Shown one piece after another: positions 26,218-27,728 of a stretch of DNA of 27,728 bases. Where the stretch lies: IMG/VR virus record IMGVR_UViG_3300024294_000046, positions 1 through 27,728 of that record; one strand, 5' to 3'. Origin of the DNA: a virus. Lineage: Duplodnaviria > Caudoviricetes. Below the pieces are notes generated by a model. That model made no database searches. It saw only the letters and a list, made by a program, of their open reading frames with translations, and was not told the origin of the DNA. Position numbers and translations under genes: made by a program. Within the stretch, counting starts at the first letter, position 1. Every line of letters begins with the position of its first letter.

Positions 26218-26660
26218 TGAATAAGACTTACAAAAACATTGTTGAGGAATTTAAGAGTTTAGCAACAAGACATAAGATGGTAAACTCATTCAACTCAGGA
26301 GATATCTATGATATTAACTTTGATGATGAGAATAAGAAACCAATATACCCATATGTCCATTTGGTTCCACAACCATCACAGATGTTGGAGAATGAATTGT
26401 TGTTTACCTTCAACCTTATTGTAATGGATTTGGTTGATACAGAGTTTGCTAATCATTATGATATTCAATCAGACACCATCAGGATTGCTCAGGACATTAT
26501 ATATGAGTTTAAGGGACAGAACCAAGTGGAACAGATATTAGACCCCACACCAATCAGTGTATTCACTGAGAGGTTTAATGATGAGGTATCAGGTTGTAAT
26601 GCTACAATCACCTTATCAGTTCCTCAGGAAATAAGTATATGTGAAAATCCATTTGAGTAA
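26217..26660 (+). CDS. Tail terminator-like protein
   Basis: 147 aa acidic alpha/beta protein with YPYVHL and FTERFNDEVSG motifs; coupled to the next gene by TAATG. Confidence 0.55.
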   Translation: MNKTYKNIVEEFKSLATRHKMVNSFNSGDIYDINFDDENKKPIYPYVHLVPQPSQMLENELLFTFNLIVMDLVDTEFANHYDIQSDTIRIAQDIIYEFKGQNQVEQILDPTPISVFTERFNDEVSGCNATITLSVPQEISICENPFE

Positions 26661-27241
26661 TGGGATTAGAAAGGTTATCAGGTTTTGGATTTGAGGTAGA
26701 CAACTCTCAATTAATTAAAGCACTGAATGACTTTGCTCAGACTATTGTTGTTCCTTATATGAGGGACCTTACCAAAAAGAAGGCTTATGACAAGGGAGGG
26801 ATATACCAATCTATTAGGTCAGAGGTTGTTCAAGGTGGAGGTAATACAGGAATAGGAGCTGGTGATTATGCCATCAATATAGTGATAGATGAACCTGGTT
26901 CTAACTACATAGATTTTGTTGAGAAGGGTGTAAGAGGTTCAGAGTCAGGAGCTAAAGCTCCATCATCACCTTATAGGTTTGGAACAGGTTCAGGACCAAG
27001 AGGTGGATTAACAAGAAGTATTACAGAGTGGTCCCAAAGAAAAGGTTTATACAAATATAGATTTGGTATCATTAAAAACATATATAAGTATGGATTAAGA
27101 GCAAGACCAATATTGGACCCTACTTTTGATTATGCACAGAAACTAATAGAGACATCATATGAACAGAGACTTGAACAGGGGTTTGCTGATGATATGAATA
27201 AGATAATAGACAATCTAATAACAGAAATAAATAATAACTAA
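26660..27241 (+). CDS. Neck/tail completion protein (HK97 gp10-like)
   Basis: DKGGIYQSI, Y.DFVEKG and GLRARPIL.P motifs resemble the DTG.L..SI / YA..VE.G / G..ARPF pattern. Confidence 0.6.
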   Translation: MGLERLSGFGFEVDNSQLIKALNDFAQTIVVPYMRDLTKKKAYDKGGIYQSIRSEVVQGGGNTGIGAGDYAINIVIDEPGSNYIDFVEKGVRGSESGAKAPSSPYRFGTGSGPRGGLTRSITEWSQRKGLYKYRFGIIKNIYKYGLRARPILDPTFDYAQKLIETSYEQRLEQGFADDMNKIIDNLITEINNN

Positions 27242-27243
27242 TT

Positions 27244-27728
27244 ATGATAACAACTAATTATGGAACAGATGGTAGAGATGTGTATAAGAAACCATCCTTT
27301 ATCCAACCAGCATATAGTATAAATGGAGCCACAACTCTATCAGATAAAACTGCAGAACCTAACCATAGGTTCTTATTTGATATATACATTAATGATGAAA
27401 AGGTTGCAAGGGTTAAGTCTTTAGCATCTTACCTCAACTATGCATCTGTTGAGATATCAGATATTCTTAAGAACTATGTTGAGGATAACTTTAACCACTT
27501 AACACCAAGACCATCACCTGATGAAGATAGACAGACAAACACACAATTGTATATTGTAAATACAAATTATCTTGTAATGAAATCTGTTAAGATATTAGCA
27601 GGTGAGGAGTATAAGGTAAATGGAGCATTAACCATATTTGATGGGTTTGATAGTATAGGAGAACCAGCAGTATATGTGTCATCATGGTATTCATCATATC
27701 ATGCTATGGATGCTAATTCTGAGGAGGT
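27244..27728 (+). CDS. 5' part of the large tail protein that continues at 1-3471
   Basis: ATG 27244 (MITTNYGTDGRDVYKKP...) is open to the window end; 67 codons precede the repeat, in frame with base 1. Confidence 0.9.
   Translation, partial: MITTNYGTDGRDVYKKPSFIQPAYSINGATTLSDKTAEPNHRFLFDIYINDEKVARVKSLASYLNYASVEISDILKNYVEDNFNHLTPRPSPDEDRQTNTQLYIVNTNYLVMKSVKILAGEEYKVNGALTIFDGFDSIGEPAVYVSSWYSSYHAMDANSEE
27445..27728. repeat. Terminal direct repeat, right copy
   Basis: Matches 1-284 except for 7 substitutions. Confidence 0.97.

Noticed and set aside
1-27728. Alternative genetic code or CGN codon reassignment
   Set aside because: TAA, TAG and TGA all end genes, coding density is high under code 11, and the CG loss is independent of reading frame.
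1-27728. CG absence as a chemical conversion or sequencing artefact
   Set aside because: Other cytosines are retained, ORFs are intact, and Arg positions use AGA/AGG rather than showing TGN/CAN damage.

Overview
The window is an essentially complete, circularly permuted genome (about 27,444 bp) of a small tailed dsDNA phage, siphovirus-like and AT-rich. Bases 27445-27728 repeat bases 1-284 with 7 substitutions, and the first ORF really starts at 27244 and runs across the join. All credible protein genes are on the + strand. The likely host is Bacteroidota: start regions are A-rich and lack Shine-Dalgarno motifs, and two TTTG-N19/20-TATCTTTG promoters are present. Recognisable genes: TerS/TerL, a tail assembly chaperone with a -1 frameshift, tail completion and tip proteins, tape measure, XkdF-like head protease, scaffold, major capsid, tail tube, repeat-containing fibre, portal, adaptor, holin-like proteins, an HTH replication initiator with internal iterons, a PD-(D/E)XK nuclease and an ECF-like sigma factor. 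Most striking: reading by eye I found no CG dinucleotide, no GATC and no GTAC, while the genome carries an orphan restriction-like nuclease and no methyltransferase. Two promoter-hairpin-linker-terminator small RNA units and three promoter classes also stand out. All product calls come from motif recognition and gene context; no searches or counts were run.
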